A stretch of DNA of 64,000 bases from Camelus dromedarius (taxonomy: Eukaryota). Within the stretch, counting starts at the first letter, position 1. Every line of letters begins with the position of its first letter. Under the pieces are notes generated by a model that worked only from the letters and a program-made list of their open reading frames with translations, did no database searches and was not told the origin of the DNA. The stretch is taken from the NCBI RefSeq assembly GCF_036321535.1, contig NC_087436.1:106518001-106582000 (forward strand). The letters are read 5' to 3'. Below are positions 48,301-61,909 of the stretch, in pieces. A program made the translations under genes and the position numbers.

Positions 48301-51300
48301 ATAATGGCTACTATTATAGGCATTCGTATGTTTAATAGTTACAATTCTTTAAATTAATAGCCTGATCAGTAGGACATTGCAAGTATCACTGCCATAGTGT
48401 CCCTAAACCTAAGATACCTAAAAAATAGTAGTGTACCTGCTTATCATAAGTATGTCCTGGTAACAGTACAGCTAGGTGGTTTAGTGAAGTATCACTCCTC
48501 TAGGTATGTAGGTGATGGTGCCCCCTTCAGTGAGTTATTTAGAATTCTCTAGATGTGTGAAGGATGCATGATCATTCAGAAGTGGAAGAATCGGTTTGCT
48601 CAAGGGGATCACAGGTAGGCTACCTCCTTGCAAATTATTTTTTATGCAACAGTCTGGACCCTCCATCAGGAAACAGCAGCTGAGTGGGAAGGCCCTAGGT
48701 GTCTGCCAGGTTTGAACGCTCAAATGTTGTCATTTACTGCATTGACATTTTTTGTTGGAAGGATATAATAAATAAGTAGTTCTACATGTGGGTGCTGCAG
48801 AGGCAAGATGGTGTCCTCAGGCCACATGGCTGACAGCCAGGCTGGGAAGGAGGAACCACAGTGACAGCTGTGCCAAACACTCTCAGGAATGTAATTATGT
48901 TAGGAGTAGGGAATTTGGGGTGTAAATACTCTTCACAGCATCTCCTAGGATGTATAGAATCAGAAAAAATACACTTGGTAAGATGAACTATATAATGAAC
49001 TCTATAGCTGCACTGGATTGGGTCATTTTTCCATAAAGTGTTTGTTCAAAATACCAATCTATTATTCTACAGAGAAATCAAGAAAGGGATTTGTATCCAG
49101 CTTTGGACCAGAGAGACAAAGAGAAGAGTCCAGTCCGTGCTGAGATAGAAATGGATGAGAGAGAGAAGAATTTCAATGACAGAGGTACAAATTCATGGCA
49201 TGGGAGGGAGAACAGGGAATGCCATCAATGATTCCAGAGCATTCATCTACTCAAACCTTCAGGATTTTGGTTGAGGTTATAAAGTCCCTAGAATTCTCTG
49301 ATAGGCAAAGAACAGGAAAACCAATGCTGTTTTGACTGTACTATATCAACACAAGTATATTAAGCCTATCAGTGAGTCTAGGACCCAAAGGTCCCTGGAA
49401 GAGGAGACACGGTTAGAGTTGACAACAGTTAAGGGTGGTAAGTGTTTGCTATCTGCTTCATCAAGCAAGATTACACTGGCATCTCAGAAATCTCAGACTT
49501 CTCTTCGCCCCACCCTGTCCATCCTTCCTCCCATTTCAACAGCTCATTACTGACATCCTACGAGAGTGTGTTTAGCTTTCTAAATCCTGATGTGGTAAGA
49601 TTACTGGAACTTGGTGGGAGAAGCATACCAAGTTTTAGCCAGGAGATCAATGGGTAGATATACTTTGTTTATCAAGGATCCTCTTAGGATTCTTACTGTT
49701 GGTTAGAAGAGAAAGCTTTGATGATTTATTCACTAAAAACTCCTTTTTGAAAACAAACTATAGACAAGCAAGACAATAATTTTAATATAGGAGTCCTATT
49801 TTTGTTAAGTTTAAGTCCAGGAAGCTCTAGAAGTAGAGAGCAGACAACTTACCCAACAGTGGTGGTCAAGGATGGCTTCTTAGAAAAAAAAATGATACTG
49901 ACCAGGAGACCTGAAGGGTGACTCAACATGTGTATTAGGCACTAGACCATGGACTAGCACTGAACTAGCAAGTTTGGGAGAAAACAGACATGAGTTCCTG
50001 CTCTTAAAGTGTCTTGTCACTCTCTAAAGATACAAGCAACTCTAGAAATTGGTATAACCATGAGACAGTAAGTGATTATTAGTTGTGACGTGTGATAGGC
50101 ATAAGTTTATAGACAGTCAGTGGAGGGACAAGATCTCCATGGCTATCAGTATGGCCAATTTGCAAATAACTTAATTTGGACATCCACTCCGATACCTTGC
50201 CATCTGTTTTAAAAGAATTTCCTTTCATTATGTAAAACACCTGATCGTGGCCTCGTGCCTTTTTTAATAGATGCTTTTTCTTTTCGGGAAGCCTTGTGCT
50301 CGTGTGCTCCATCTCACGTTGAACTCCAAAGTCAAATTATGTTAGATGTTCATGCTGTTTGCCACTTGACAATTCTAATCTATCAACAGCTGTCTGGGTA
50401 GGGTACTTTTGTGCATAGAGCCTTCGGAAGAAGTCAGAACTAACGAAACTCACCATCTCCTTTAGAGACAAGAACTCACAAGGTGCTCACCTAGCAGTTC
50501 ATACTTTATGGCTGAGTGGGAGACCCATAGTATAATTGCAGACTTTTTGTGGCATGTGGAATCTGTTACTCCTGAAACTTCAAAATGTACATATTTTCCC
50601 CAAATGAGATGTAATTCTGTTGAGTTAATTATCATACAATTATAGCAATGGAAAAGAAAATTCTAATCAAATGTGAACAGCTTGTCTAACTATTAACCAG
50701 GCTGTGGTGAACCATTACTTAACTCTGACTTGCATGATCCATTATAGACTTCTGTCCTTCTCCGAGCAAACACTTAAATGAGTCCATAGTCATCTAACAC
50801 CGAGAAGCCTGGTCACCTGGGATCTGTGATTGTCTTTAAATTGTTTAGTCATTATATTTCACTGGTGTAAAGGTATGGTATCCATCCCCCCCCTTTCTAA
50901 TCTCTGTGTCATGGGAAATAGTGAGCAGGACACAGTGTGAAAGGCACAGCTTCCAAGGACTTTGACCTACAAAAGTGATGACTTGTTTTAAAACATTTCT
51001 GCTTATAGTTTCTTAAGCTACTGAAAAATATTAGGAAAAATGCCTCTGGAAAAGTTTCCATTCTAGGAAGATCCAGAATCCAAAGCATCTAATTCAGGTT
51101 ATCTTTTAATATTAATACAACTTGGTCTATCTTCAGGTTCATTCAACTACTGCCCATATTCCAGCAGTCAAGTACAAAAAGACTCAGGTGTGGCATGATC
51201 AATTTTTGGTGCCAGCATTTTAAATGCAAGAAAGAGATCAGTTTGTCGTGATACAGGGGTCCACTCTGGTTGAAAAGGGCTAGGTTGTTAGGACTGAGGA

Positions 51301-52466
51301 AAGAAAACAATAAGGCTAAAGCCAGTCGGATGGGCTGGTGCTGCCTTTGGTGTTAGGTAATGAAACCAGGGGATCCAGGCTTCAGTTTATCCCCAGGAAC
51401 ACTAGAAGCTAGGCATAGTACCTAGTGACAGCCAGCTCTGTTCATCCTAAGCCCTATGATGCTAAGCTTGCCTTGGTATCAGCCACAGGCAGGTCTAAGC
51501 TATAGCCAATCAGGAAAGCTGGCATTTCCTACGGGACTGTTTGGTGTCAGGTACACAGCCAGAATAAAGGCTGATTAAACTTGAAGTAGATTCATTTGTC
51601 CTCAGCTTTGACAGAGTGGGGTGTTCAGAAATAGAGGCAAGTAGTTGAGTTTAATTCTACAAGTGCAGGCTTAACCACAGCAGACGAGATCTTCTGTTAA
51701 CAAAGAGGTCTACTTAAACATTTTGGTTTTCTATTTTTTTTTTCCTGGTAACTAGGGTCTGGATAAAGAGAGGAGGGAAGTGTGGGGAAAAGACAGGGTG
51801 GAGATGAGTCCCTGCTGATGGTGTTGAAGCTGCCACAGCAACCACCAATGGTAACCACCCCAAGGACTCTGTCTGTAAACAAATAAGCTGTTCCCATGGA
51901 AGTATCAGCCTCCGAAGACCAAGTTCAGCAATCACACAGTCTTCCTTTTCTTCACTCCAGTCATCTGCTAACAACAAAAGCAAAGCAAACATCTTGAGAA
52001 TAAGAACCCAGTTGGGATAAATACTCCAGGATGCTTTGAATGTCAGGGCTTGCCTTCCAAGCTTACCTTGCTTCCTGTGAGCATTTCAAAAAACTGAAAA
52101 TAAGCTTTGGAAGAGATGCCAAGTAGAAGTTTGCATGGGGAGAAGACACCAATGAGAATGAAACATTTACAATTGGGCTCAGGATCACAGTAGGAAGAAG
52201 GCAAATTAAAAAGAAAGTACAGAATGGGAAATGTATTAATAATTTGCTGAGGTATGTGGAGCCTGCAGCAAAGAAGAGGGAGAGAGAAGGAAAAGGAGAG
52301 AGAAAAAAAGCAAAGAGCCCAAAACAGGGTGAGAAAGGACTGGCTATGGGAGTAATCTCTTAGCCTGGGGAGCAGTAAGAGTACTCAGGGATTCCAGGTT
52401 TGGGTGTCAGGGACCTTCTACAGAAGCTCTTTGGCATCCAAGTTCAGGTCGACCTTGCTCATCTTT

Positions 52467-52658
52467 TTTTTCCCTTTTTACCCCCTTTAAAATTTTTTTT
52501 TATTTTTTTATTGATGTGTAGTTGATTTACAACAGTGGGTTCAGGTGCACAGCAAAGTGATTCAGTTAAACATATACATACAGATTTTTTTTCAGATTCT
52601 TTTCCATTATCATTTATTACAAGAAATTGAATGTAGTTCCCTGTGCTGTACAGTAGAT
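52467..52658 (-). mobile_element. 5'-truncated L1 3' end with probable TSD
   Basis: T-rich tail, then ttgatgtgtagttgatttacaac...gttccctgtgctgtacagtag. Flanks gaccttgctcatcttt (52451-52466) / gacctctctcatcttt (52659-52674). Confidence 0.88.
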
Positions 52659-53639
52659 GACCTCTCTCATCTTTATATGGAATCTGCTGAAGGTGGTGAT
52701 CATTTCCTGCATGAGATTGCTTCATACAGAGATAGATTGGCTTAGTAGGGGTCCACATAGCTACTTTCTGCTTAGGGAAAGAAATGACAGCAAGGCACGG
52801 GGCGATAATGGCCAAAAGAGTCCCGGGCATGTATCATCTTTAACATGAAATGAGGCTGGGATTTGTGCAGGACTGGCAGGGGCCCCTTCTCGGTGTTTTG
52901 GAGGTTCTCCATGGCCTTGTTTCTACCACTGGGATCCCGTTTCTTGCCTCTGATTAAATAGGGCCAGATTCAGCTAATTCAGATTAGGGGCCCAGAGGAT
53001 GTGGGACAGCATGGATTGTAGGAGTTTGGGGGCACTTGTAAGCATTTCTGTGGCCATGAGTGGCAAACTATTTCCCAACAAAACTATTGATCAGAATTGA
53101 GGAAACTGTCCTGAATGAACTACTTCTTTAAAAAGCGTGTGTTGCACCTCAGCTGGCAGCTAAACAGGGTCCTTAAAGAACAGGAGCATCAGATTCTGAA
53201 GGAGAGCAATACAGTTCTTGGGATGATCCACACCTTCAGAGTAGCTTTGGATGACTGCTGCCCACTGGATTTCCCCAGTCAACGTTCATTGCCACAAGCT
53301 CTAGTGAAAGCTTTGCCCTCTGATATTTTGAATAAATAATAATAGAAAATTTTAACACAGGCAGGTAAGAGCCCTTCCCCTCCCCATATGTTGGCTCTAT
53401 GGCTCTCAGCCATACCATGGGGGAGTCCACCTAATACTCCTGTGTTCTAAAATGTTCTCTTGTAACTCTGGAAGAGGAATGATGATTGGGTTCAACTTTT
53501 TTCCTTGTCCTGAATAAGCAGTGCTTGTCCACTCTTACTCTGTTCTCCTCTCACAATAAATAATATTTCTACTGAATAATTCAACCATTTCATTTACGTT
53601 ATGTTAATTTGTAAGGTAGCTTTGTATTAAAGATGGAAT

Positions 53640-53880
53640 AACAACAGCCATCATGTGTTGAGTGCACACTATGCCAGGCAATGTTCTTTGCTTTTACATA
53701 CCATCTTGTTTAATCTGCATGGAAAATGTGCAAGGTAATTGTTTTTATATTTATTTTACAGACACTGGGAATTAAGTTTCTTTCTTTGAGTTTACACAGC
53801 TAGTAGGAAACAGATCAGAGATTCAAATACAGAGAGAATCTGACTCTAGAACACACAGATATAAACCTTAAGGTACATAG
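53640..53880 (-). mobile_element. MIR
   Basis: ttgagtgcacactatgccaggca...attttacagac...cacagctagtagg...gattcaaatacag...tctgactctaga. Confidence 0.7.
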
Positions 53881-53933
53881 CTTCTCTGGGGCAACTGATA
53901 GAAGTCTGTGATTGCAGTTACTTAAAACTTTTT

Positions 53934-54253
53934 ATAAAACAGAAACAGACTCACAGACAGAGAAAACAAACTGATAGGTATCAGGGGGATAAGCTGGGGT
54001 GGGGTTGGTGGCATAGGGGAGGGATAAATTAGGAGTTTGGGATTATCAGATACAACCACTATACATAAAATAGATAAACAACAAGGTCCTACTGTATAGC
54101 GCAGGGAACTATATTCAATATCTTGCAGTAATCTATAATGGAAAAGGATATGAAAAAGGATATATATATGTATAAAACTAAATCACTATGCTGTGCACCA
54201 GAAACTAGCACAGCATTGTAAATCAACTATACTGCAATAAAAAAAAATAAAAA
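53934..54253 (+). mobile_element. 5'-truncated L1 3' end (cetartiodactyl type)
   Basis: aaaacagaaacagactcacagac...aaaatagataaacaacaaggtcctactgtatagcgcagggaactatattcaatatc...aataaaaaaa. Confidence 0.92.
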
Positions 54254-54369
54254 TTCTTAAAGAATTGAGTTGAATTAACTTCGACATTGAATTGAAAATT
54301 ATCCTTCTTTAGTTCTTGTCCTCAAGGCAATAATGCTTCTGATGCTTTATGTGTCTGCCTTTTAGCATC

Positions 54370-54575
54370 ATAGACAACCTGAGGTGTAGATTCTACAGCA
54401 CAATGGACCTACATTCTCATCCTAATTCCTCCACCTCTACCTCTGTGCCCTTGGATGGACTATTCCACTTTTCTTAACCTCAATTCAACTCATTTTTAAA
54501 ATTGAGATAATAGTTTTTATAGAGTTGTAGAAAGGATTATGTGACATAAACAAAGAACGCTCAGCAGATTGGCAT
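54370..54575 (+). mobile_element. MIR fragment
   Basis: ctgtgcccttggatgg...cctcaattcaactcatttttaaaattgagataata...aggattatgtga. Confidence 0.55.
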
Positions 54576-55454
54576 AGATTAGACGTGTGAGATACCTTCT
54601 CCTCTGTAATACCATGTGGCACGATCCACTTCTTTAGCTAACATGTCTGAAAACTTCTTTTCCTGGATAACGATATCAAATGTTTCACTTTCCAGTCCTC
54701 AAATACAATTCTTTCCATTTATGAACACAGAATCACATGATATTTATGTAATATTTCTACCCTCTCTTGAGATAGTTCACTAACAATGGTGGAGTCCCCT
54801 AATTTTCTGTTTTCTGTATCTTGATTTGTGTCTAGAGACTTCAACATCTCAATAAATAATCACGAACTGTAGGTTTCTGTTTTTGCAAGTTAACACTCTA
54901 TTGCTGGCTGGGGCCGCCTTTCTATTGATAGACTTTAGGTGCTGATCAAGGGCAACTGTGCCGGTCATGGGACGATCACAGATGAGTTTGGATTTCACTG
55001 AAATCTGCAGAGCAAGGCTAATGGGATATATTGTCATCCTGCAGCTAGCACAGGGACTGCTGTGGTTTACTTAATTTGAAGGGACATTTCATAATTCTGG
55101 CTAAATTGGAATCACAAGTCAGATGAAATTTAGGAGGAAATTGCCCTCTAGAGGCTTTGAAGGAAGTCATTGCCACAGCTGGTAATGGCCGTTGATGAAG
55201 TTTCTTCAGTTCAAGAAGGAAAGTTTAACTATTTCACAAGTTGAGAGTTTCTGGGGTCCAGTGACAGAAATGATCAATTTTTCACAAACTAAAAAGCCTT
55301 CTGATTTAGAAGGCTGAGAAATATTAGTGCTCAATGAAGCAGTGTGAAATTAAAGTATTTTTAGAGATAGTCTAAGAGGGCGTTATGGGCACACTCACTG
55401 TTAGGATTCTAATATCAAGTCTAGAGGAGAAAAAAATACTGAAATCTGGTATTG

Positions 55455-55660
55455 GGTAGTTATTCCATGCCAGTAGCTGTGTTAAATGCGTTATGCATCA
55501 TGTCACTTAATTTTTACAACAAACTTAGGGATAATATCTACATTTAACATCTGTGGTTCAGAAAGATTAAGTAACGTGTCTTAATGCATGTATCTAGGAT
55601 ACTGCATGACTTGGACTTGAACTCAGGATTCGCCGGCAAAGTGTATTTTCTTTCAACCAT
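55455..55660 (-). mobile_element. MIR fragment
   Basis: ggttcagaaagattaagtaacgtgtc...ggacttgaactcagg. Confidence 0.6.
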
Positions 55661-56087
55661 GTAAATTTTGGTGCCTGCCTCGTGGCTTGCAAGCCTGTGG
55701 TATTACCCCACTACCTGTTAGCCTCATAGGACTGGGCCGTCTGGTCTTTATCTGGGTGCAAATTGGGCTAACCTTTAGTGTTCTGCCAGGGATCAGTATT
55801 ACCCAAGAAAAAGCTCAGGGTTGGATCCGAGATCAGCAGAACATGAGTGGGGGAGATATTTGAGGAGCATATTTGAATTGGGGACAGCCTTTACCCCTAC
55901 TTCTAGATAAACATAAGAATTATGCTCTGCCTCCCCCTTTGTCCAGGCATCTTCACGTTTAGAACTGGGAACTAGCCATGCTGAGTGTGAACAAAGGCAT
56001 GATCTCAACACAACCATAGGCAAAACTGTTTGAGCAGCCAGTCCTTGTCAGGCACTGCACTAGATGTTTTATCTCTAACCCACTTCA

Positions 56088-56242
56088 GGGGAGAGGGTAT
56101 AGTTCAAGCGGCAGAGTGCATTCTTAGCATGTATGAGGTCCTGCGTTCAACCCCCCAGTACCTCCTCTAAAAATGAGTGAACGTACTTACCTCCTTGGCA
56201 CCAAAATAAAGTAATTAAATAGTCCAGTAATAAAACATAAAG
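56088..56242 (+). mobile_element. tRNA-derived SINE (camelid type) with 15-bp TSD, inserted in a MIR
   Basis: ggggagagggtatagttcaagcggcagagtgc...gaggtcctgcgttcaaccccccagtacctcc. TSD ctctaacccacttca (56073-56087) / ctctaatccacttca (56243-56257). Confidence 0.92.
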
Positions 56243-57444
56243 CTCTAATCCACTTCATCATTATAATTTCTGTGTTTAGGATAAAATGAGGAAAGTTTTG
56301 AAAGCTAGCGCTTAGATCAAGCAAGTTATGTAGAATCACGTATCTAGCAAACGCCAGATTTGAGGGCTAGGTCTGCCCAATGCCAAGGGTTACGCTTGCA
56401 CCACTTTAATCTACTCACCCGTTAATCACCAACATTTACCTATTGCGTGCTAGGCCGGTGCTAAGTATGGGGAATCATGGATAAATAAGGAACAAATCTG
56501 ACCCTCAGTGTCTTATGTCTTTCATGTTTTAGTCAATCCTCTCCTACTAGAGAGAAAGCTTCATAGCTCTTTGAAAAGGACTGAATCGTCTGCTTCTTCC
56601 TCCTCTGTACAATATTAGGTAAGCAGTAGGCATTCAACAAAACTATATAATTGGCTTATTTATCTCAAGACCTTGTTCATCCTATTATCTCCCACTTAGA
56701 GAGGTGAATCGGGGCCATTGTACCCTGAATCATGATCCCTCAATGCTTTGGAGAATTCCCACTTTGTAATTCCCTTACATTAGCACAATGAACAGAATCA
56801 ACAGAGTTCTCTTCTATTAACAGAAATGAAAATGAGAGTGGTTGAGGATGGAATGCCAACTGGGCATGAAAAGAAGCTGGAAACAAAAGCAAGAAACAAT
56901 GTGTCATAATCTCATAGGTCTTTTCCCTCTTGGATTTCGGTACTTTTCTTCTCCTGCCAGTTTCTTCTGTACTTTTGCCCAGATCAATAGAGGAAGTCAA
57001 AAGCAAAAACATACGGATAGAAGATTTAGGTGATGTCATTTCATTCAGCTTCTCTCCCTTCTCCGGGCTCGTGGTTGGAGTGGGCATTCATGGGCTACCA
57101 ACTTCCTAGCCTTAAGTAACTGCAAGTCTCAACTTCATCTTTGAGTCCTACCTCACAAGAGCATTTAGAGTTCTCAGGAGATGTCCCAAGCCTGGAATGA
57201 TGTGCTTCACAGAGAAAGGTCAAATTTCTCCAAATCTAGCTTTTCTTTTAGGGTTTAAAAAAGCACATTGTATGTTTTCTCTCTCTCTCTCTTTCATATG
57301 GGTTCCATGATTTTGAAAAGTGGGTAGTGAATAAATTTTAGGGGAGAGTTCTATTCACTGACAACCACTAATCCACAAGACTATAGCTTTTACTAAATTG
57401 AACAATTACTGCAGCATATGGATACAAATAAACTAATAATGCTT

Positions 57445-57620
57445 GTCCATTCATTTCTTTATTCATTCAACAAGTAGTAATTTGTAGAGGGACTTCTATG
57501 TAAAAGTCATGACTCCAGGCTAAGAAAACACAGTGGTGAATTAATGGACAGGGTCTCAGCCCTGAAAGACTTGACAGTCTAGCGAGATAAAGAGTCTAAA
57601 ATAAGAGAATAAACAAATAA
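57445..57620 (-). mobile_element. L2 3' end
   Basis: cattcatttctttattcattcaacaag...gacagggtctcagccctgaaagacttgacagtctag. Confidence 0.65.
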
Positions 57621-57957
57621 TTACATGACATTTTTTGATATTAAGTTACTATTTCATCTCTTCTCATTTATTTAAGTATTTTCTAAATTCCTTTGTTTTA
57701 CTTGCAGAACTTTGTTTTACTTTACTCCAGGGTCATGCAAAAGTCCTAGCCAATTGTCCTATACTTAGTAATTATAATAAATACCTACTACCACAGTGGC
57801 TAATATTTGTGGAGCACTTTCTATATGTCAGTCACTGTTAATGTGCCCCATCTATGTGACACATTATGCTAAGGGCCTCACAAAATAAGAGCCAACATTT
57901 ACTAATGTGTCAGTGATTTTCACATAATATTTATTTATTTAATGTTCACAATGTCCT

Positions 57958-58476
57958 TGTGTTGGTCAGGGTTCTGCAGAGAAACAAAACCCATATGATA
58001 TAGATGAAGATATACATGAGAGATTTATTATAGGAATTGGTTTATATGATCATGGAGGCTGAGGAGTCCCCTGATCTGCCATCTGCAAGCTGGAGACCCA
58101 GGAAAGTGAGTGGTGTGATACAGGCCAAGTTCAAAGGCCTGAGAATTGAGGGGATGATGGTTGAAGTCATGTTGTAAGTTCAAAGACCAGAGAACAAGGA
58201 GTGCCAGTGTCCAAGGGCAGGAGAAAAATGGATGCCTCAGCTTAAGCAGAGAGAGCAAATTCACACTCTCCCCACATTTCTGTTCTATTCAAGCCCCCAG
58301 TGAGTTGACTGATGCCCACCCACATCAGTGCAAATGATCTGCTTCACTCAGTCTCTAGATTCAAATGATAATCTCTTCTGCAGACAGCCTCACAGACATA
58401 TCCAGAAATAATGTTTTACCAGCTGTCTGGGCATCTTTGATCCCAATCAAATTGACACATAAACTTAACCATCACA
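57958..58476 (-). mobile_element. ERVL solo LTR (MLT2 family) nested in a MIR
   Basis: tgtgttggtcagggttctgcagagaaac...ttgacacataaacttaaccatcaca with TG..CA ends. MIR text lies on both sides (57895-57957 and 58477-58605). Confidence 0.88.
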
Positions 58477-58903
58477 ATCCATTATTATTATTTAACCTAT
58501 TATCATAAGTTAAATAATGCTTCCAAGGTCATACAACTGGTACGTATCCAGACTCAGATCTGATCCCAGCTGGTCTTCCTCCATGGTGTCCATTCATAAC
58601 CACTGTGTTAGTGGGTTCATAGCAACTAGTCTAAAATACATTAAAACATGAAAATCCATTGCATATATAAAAGAAAATATTATTTTGGGAAGTGTTTTTA
58701 GTTATAATACACATATGTAATAGTTATATAAGTGCAGAGTCAAAGTAATGTTCATTTCTTTTGTGCACTGTGCTCAAAAAAGCTTGAAAAGCACTGCTAC
58801 TAAACCGTAGGAACCCAGGGCACATTGGTCTACAGGAATCCACTCTTCACCCCAGAAGTGTCTACGACTTAAAATGGGATTTCAGGAGAGGGCAATACAA
58901 CTT

Positions 58904-59243
58904 GAAAGGTGGCTGTGCTGGGGCTGGGAGGTGGAGGAAGCAGGGAGAGGTTTGTAAAAGGGTATAAATGTTCAGCTGTAAGATGAATAGGGTCTGAGGA
59001 TCTCATACATAACATAGTGACTGTAGTTGATAGCATTGTCTTGTATAATTGAAATTTGCTAAGAGAGTAGAAGAACTTAAATGTTCTCACACACACACAG
59101 GAGGGTAAATAGATGAGGTGATGGATGTGTTAATTAACTCAATGGGAGGAATCCTTTCACAATGTGTACGTAAATCAAATCATCATGTTGTTCTCTTTAA
59201 ATACCTCACAATTTTATTTGTCAATTATATCTCAATAAAGCTG
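58904..59243 (+). mobile_element. L1MA9-like 3' end
   Basis: cagctgtaagatgaatagggtctgaggatct...gaaatttgctaagagagtaga...caattttatttgtcaattatatctcaataaagctg. Confidence 0.9.
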
Positions 59244-59264
59244 AGGGGGAGAGTGGATGCATTT

Positions 59265-59470
59265 TCTGTGGTCCACGAGCTTTTGGAGTCAAAGACAGCT
59301 GAGTTCACCTCGCAAGACTGGCGCCAAGGATGTTGGAAAGTCTTGACAAGTCCTACATTTCCCCAGTGAAAACGGGAATAATCAGATTTGATTCACAGGA
59401 TTATTGTGAAGATTACATGAGATAACACATTTCAATTGCTTGACGTACTGCTGATTCTTAACAAATATCC
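59265..59470 (+). mobile_element. MIR
   Basis: ttggagtcaaagacagctgagttc...tgaaaacgggaataat...cacaggattattgtgaagattacatgagataa. Confidence 0.7.
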
Positions 59471-60666
59471 TGTGTCTTTTCTTTCTCTGACAGCCTTATA
59501 ATTTCTACTCTAGTTCTCAATCCCTGCTCAGAGAAATTCTTACAGATTCCATGAGTTGGCTGTATGAACCCCCAAGTGTTTGGCAGACTTCTAATTCCCT
59601 ATCATCTGTTTAGTTTATGATGACTGAGAAGATGCAAGTCATCAATTCTTTCAGGGAGTAAGTAGTGGAGGAAGCAGCCCAGGTATTCAGGAGTCAGGAT
59701 GTGCAAATAGACCCACCCAGGTTTTACTCAAAGAACAAGGCAGCTGATAGGAAATATCTTAGGTAAAGTGGAGCTGGGATTCTCCAGGTCTCTGCACACC
59801 AGTAATGATTTAGACGGAGAAGCTGCTATGACAATTCACCCACTGGAAGGACTCATGGAGATTCATGAAGCCTAGGGCACTTTAAAAATTGGAAAATTGC
59901 TGAAACTCCCTCCTCAGCTACAACCTCCTGAACACTCTGGAACCTGTATTTTTCCAGTTCTGCAAGGACTCTTGCTCTGAAATGAAAAGACAGATGCTCC
60001 TTGCAGCTGGCTTCACCTATTAGCTCTTTAATCTACCCTAGAAGAGAGCGCTGCTTCCATAATAGCAATGTGTTCAATCTGGGTGGATGAGCGCGATGCT
60101 GGCCTGACAGCATTCAATTGCAGAGGAAACACCAGATACCAATGCTCTTTCTTTCCTTCAGTGAATTTTTCTCCCCTCCTTGCCCCTGCGCCAAGCTCCC
60201 ACCTCTCTTGCCCTCACCCCACCCCCGATTTTCACCACCTTTGTAGTTGAAGACGTGGATGGAGATGCATTTCTAACTACTTACTTTCAATCAATCCCCG
60301 GCTTTCTTTAGATATTGAAAGACTCTTTTCATGTTGTTTTCTTTAGCAACATTTGCTTTTATTTGCTCACTCTTCCAATAATTGGGAAATGGAAACTTTG
60401 CTGAAAGGTCTAAGTGCCTGGGACCTAATAGTTCCCATTCAGCTAGAGCCCGAGGAATTGCATGAGGGTTACAACCTTTGTCAGAGTGCGACTCTCGCTT
60501 TTATGAAGAGCATATATTTGAACAATTGCAACTAAACACGGCCGTCCTAACCCCTGCACCCATAAACAATGATTGTAAATGGTAACCTTTAAAAGAAAAA
60601 AAAAAGAAAGATCCTTAGATGTGGGGTTGACTAGGTTGAATTGCATTTTTGTACCAGTTTTTCAGA

Positions 60667-60727
60667 TGTATGTATGTGTGTGTGTGTGTGCAAAATTTTA
60701 TATAGATATAGATATAATTTTTATATA
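60667..60727. repeat. (TG)n and (ATAG/AT)n simple repeats
   Basis: Directly visible. Confidence 0.8.
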
Positions 60728-61909
60728 TCTTATTCTTTTAACCTTTTCTTCCTGGTTTACTTCTAAAATTTACCATTACTAACCTTCGATCTTAACTCAT
60801 TTCTTTAACTTCACATCTGCTTCCTGATGCCTGGGTTAGAAAAACAAGCATTCACCTCCAGCCACAGGAATCTACAGAAGCACATACCAACTAAAACATG
60901 ACCAAAAGTCAATTGAAGGAGAAACAGAACAGCTTGGAATTCCTGGTGGCCCCCCTCCTGGTTTCTTTCAGGCCCCAGGCAAGTGAGCATGTGCTAATTT
61001 GCATGGTTGACTAAATGGCATGCTTAGACCCCAAATTTGCATCTCTGCTTGGGTTCAAAAGTGGGTCCCTGAGCCAGTTTCCCTTGGCTCCTCTGTTACT
61101 TCCTACTCAGAAGTTAAACCCCTTTGGGAGCGCTGCTCACCAGGGTACATCCTAGTACAGAGAAGCAATAATTGGCGGGGCCCCATTCTTCCTCTAATGT
61201 GGGGTACAGCCAGCTGGTACTGATGTGATGGGATAAGGTAGGGGAGAGAAAGGGGCGGGGAAGAGAAGGAGATCATTTCCAAGGCAACACGCAAAGGCCT
61301 GGGGTGATTCGCCTCGCTCGGATCCCTTTCCAAGGGGATAAACTCACTGCACGTAAAGGCTGCCACCGTTTTTAATCCTCCTTCCTCCTCCCTGTCCTGA
61401 ATGGGAAAGAGGGGTGAAAAGCAAGCTGAACAGCTTTATGTCAACCATGGATCCCTCTGGGCTTCAGTTTCCTTACCTGTGAAATGGGAATCAGATGCTT
61501 GATGTTCCAATACACTGGGATAGCAGAAAGCTTATACTGATATTGTGAGATTATTTAAGGTTCAACAAAGAAAAAGAAATTTCCTCTTGTATACTGTGTT
61601 GGGAAAGAGTCTGAAACAGAAGTGACGGTCCCGGGGACGAATGCCAGGTTGGCACTTAATAACTGCTACAGGGGGTTGGTTGGTGGTGTGTGTGCTGCCC
61701 TTAATTCCTCTGATCTAGGTCACCACTGTCATTCCATGGAGGGTGACCTTAAAGCACAGAGAGTTGAAACAGCTGGTGAAACCAGAGGGAAGTGTTCTGT
61801 CCACCAAGGTAAGACCACTGTACATGTGAGCAAGTAATGAGGGTTTTATTACGGTGCTAGTTCTGTCCCTGCTTAGGAGAAAATTTCACTAAGTAAATAA
61901 TACTTTGAT

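Noticed and set aside
56088..56170. tRNA-like sequence with A/B boxes (also 1400-1476)
   Set aside because: It continues into a SINE body with an A-rich tail and is bounded by TSDs, so it is a SINE rather than a tRNA gene.
58608..58797. Possible hAT-Charlie fragment
   Set aside because: Only one terminus-like motif (aagcttgaaaagcactg) is recognisable, so the family cannot be assigned.
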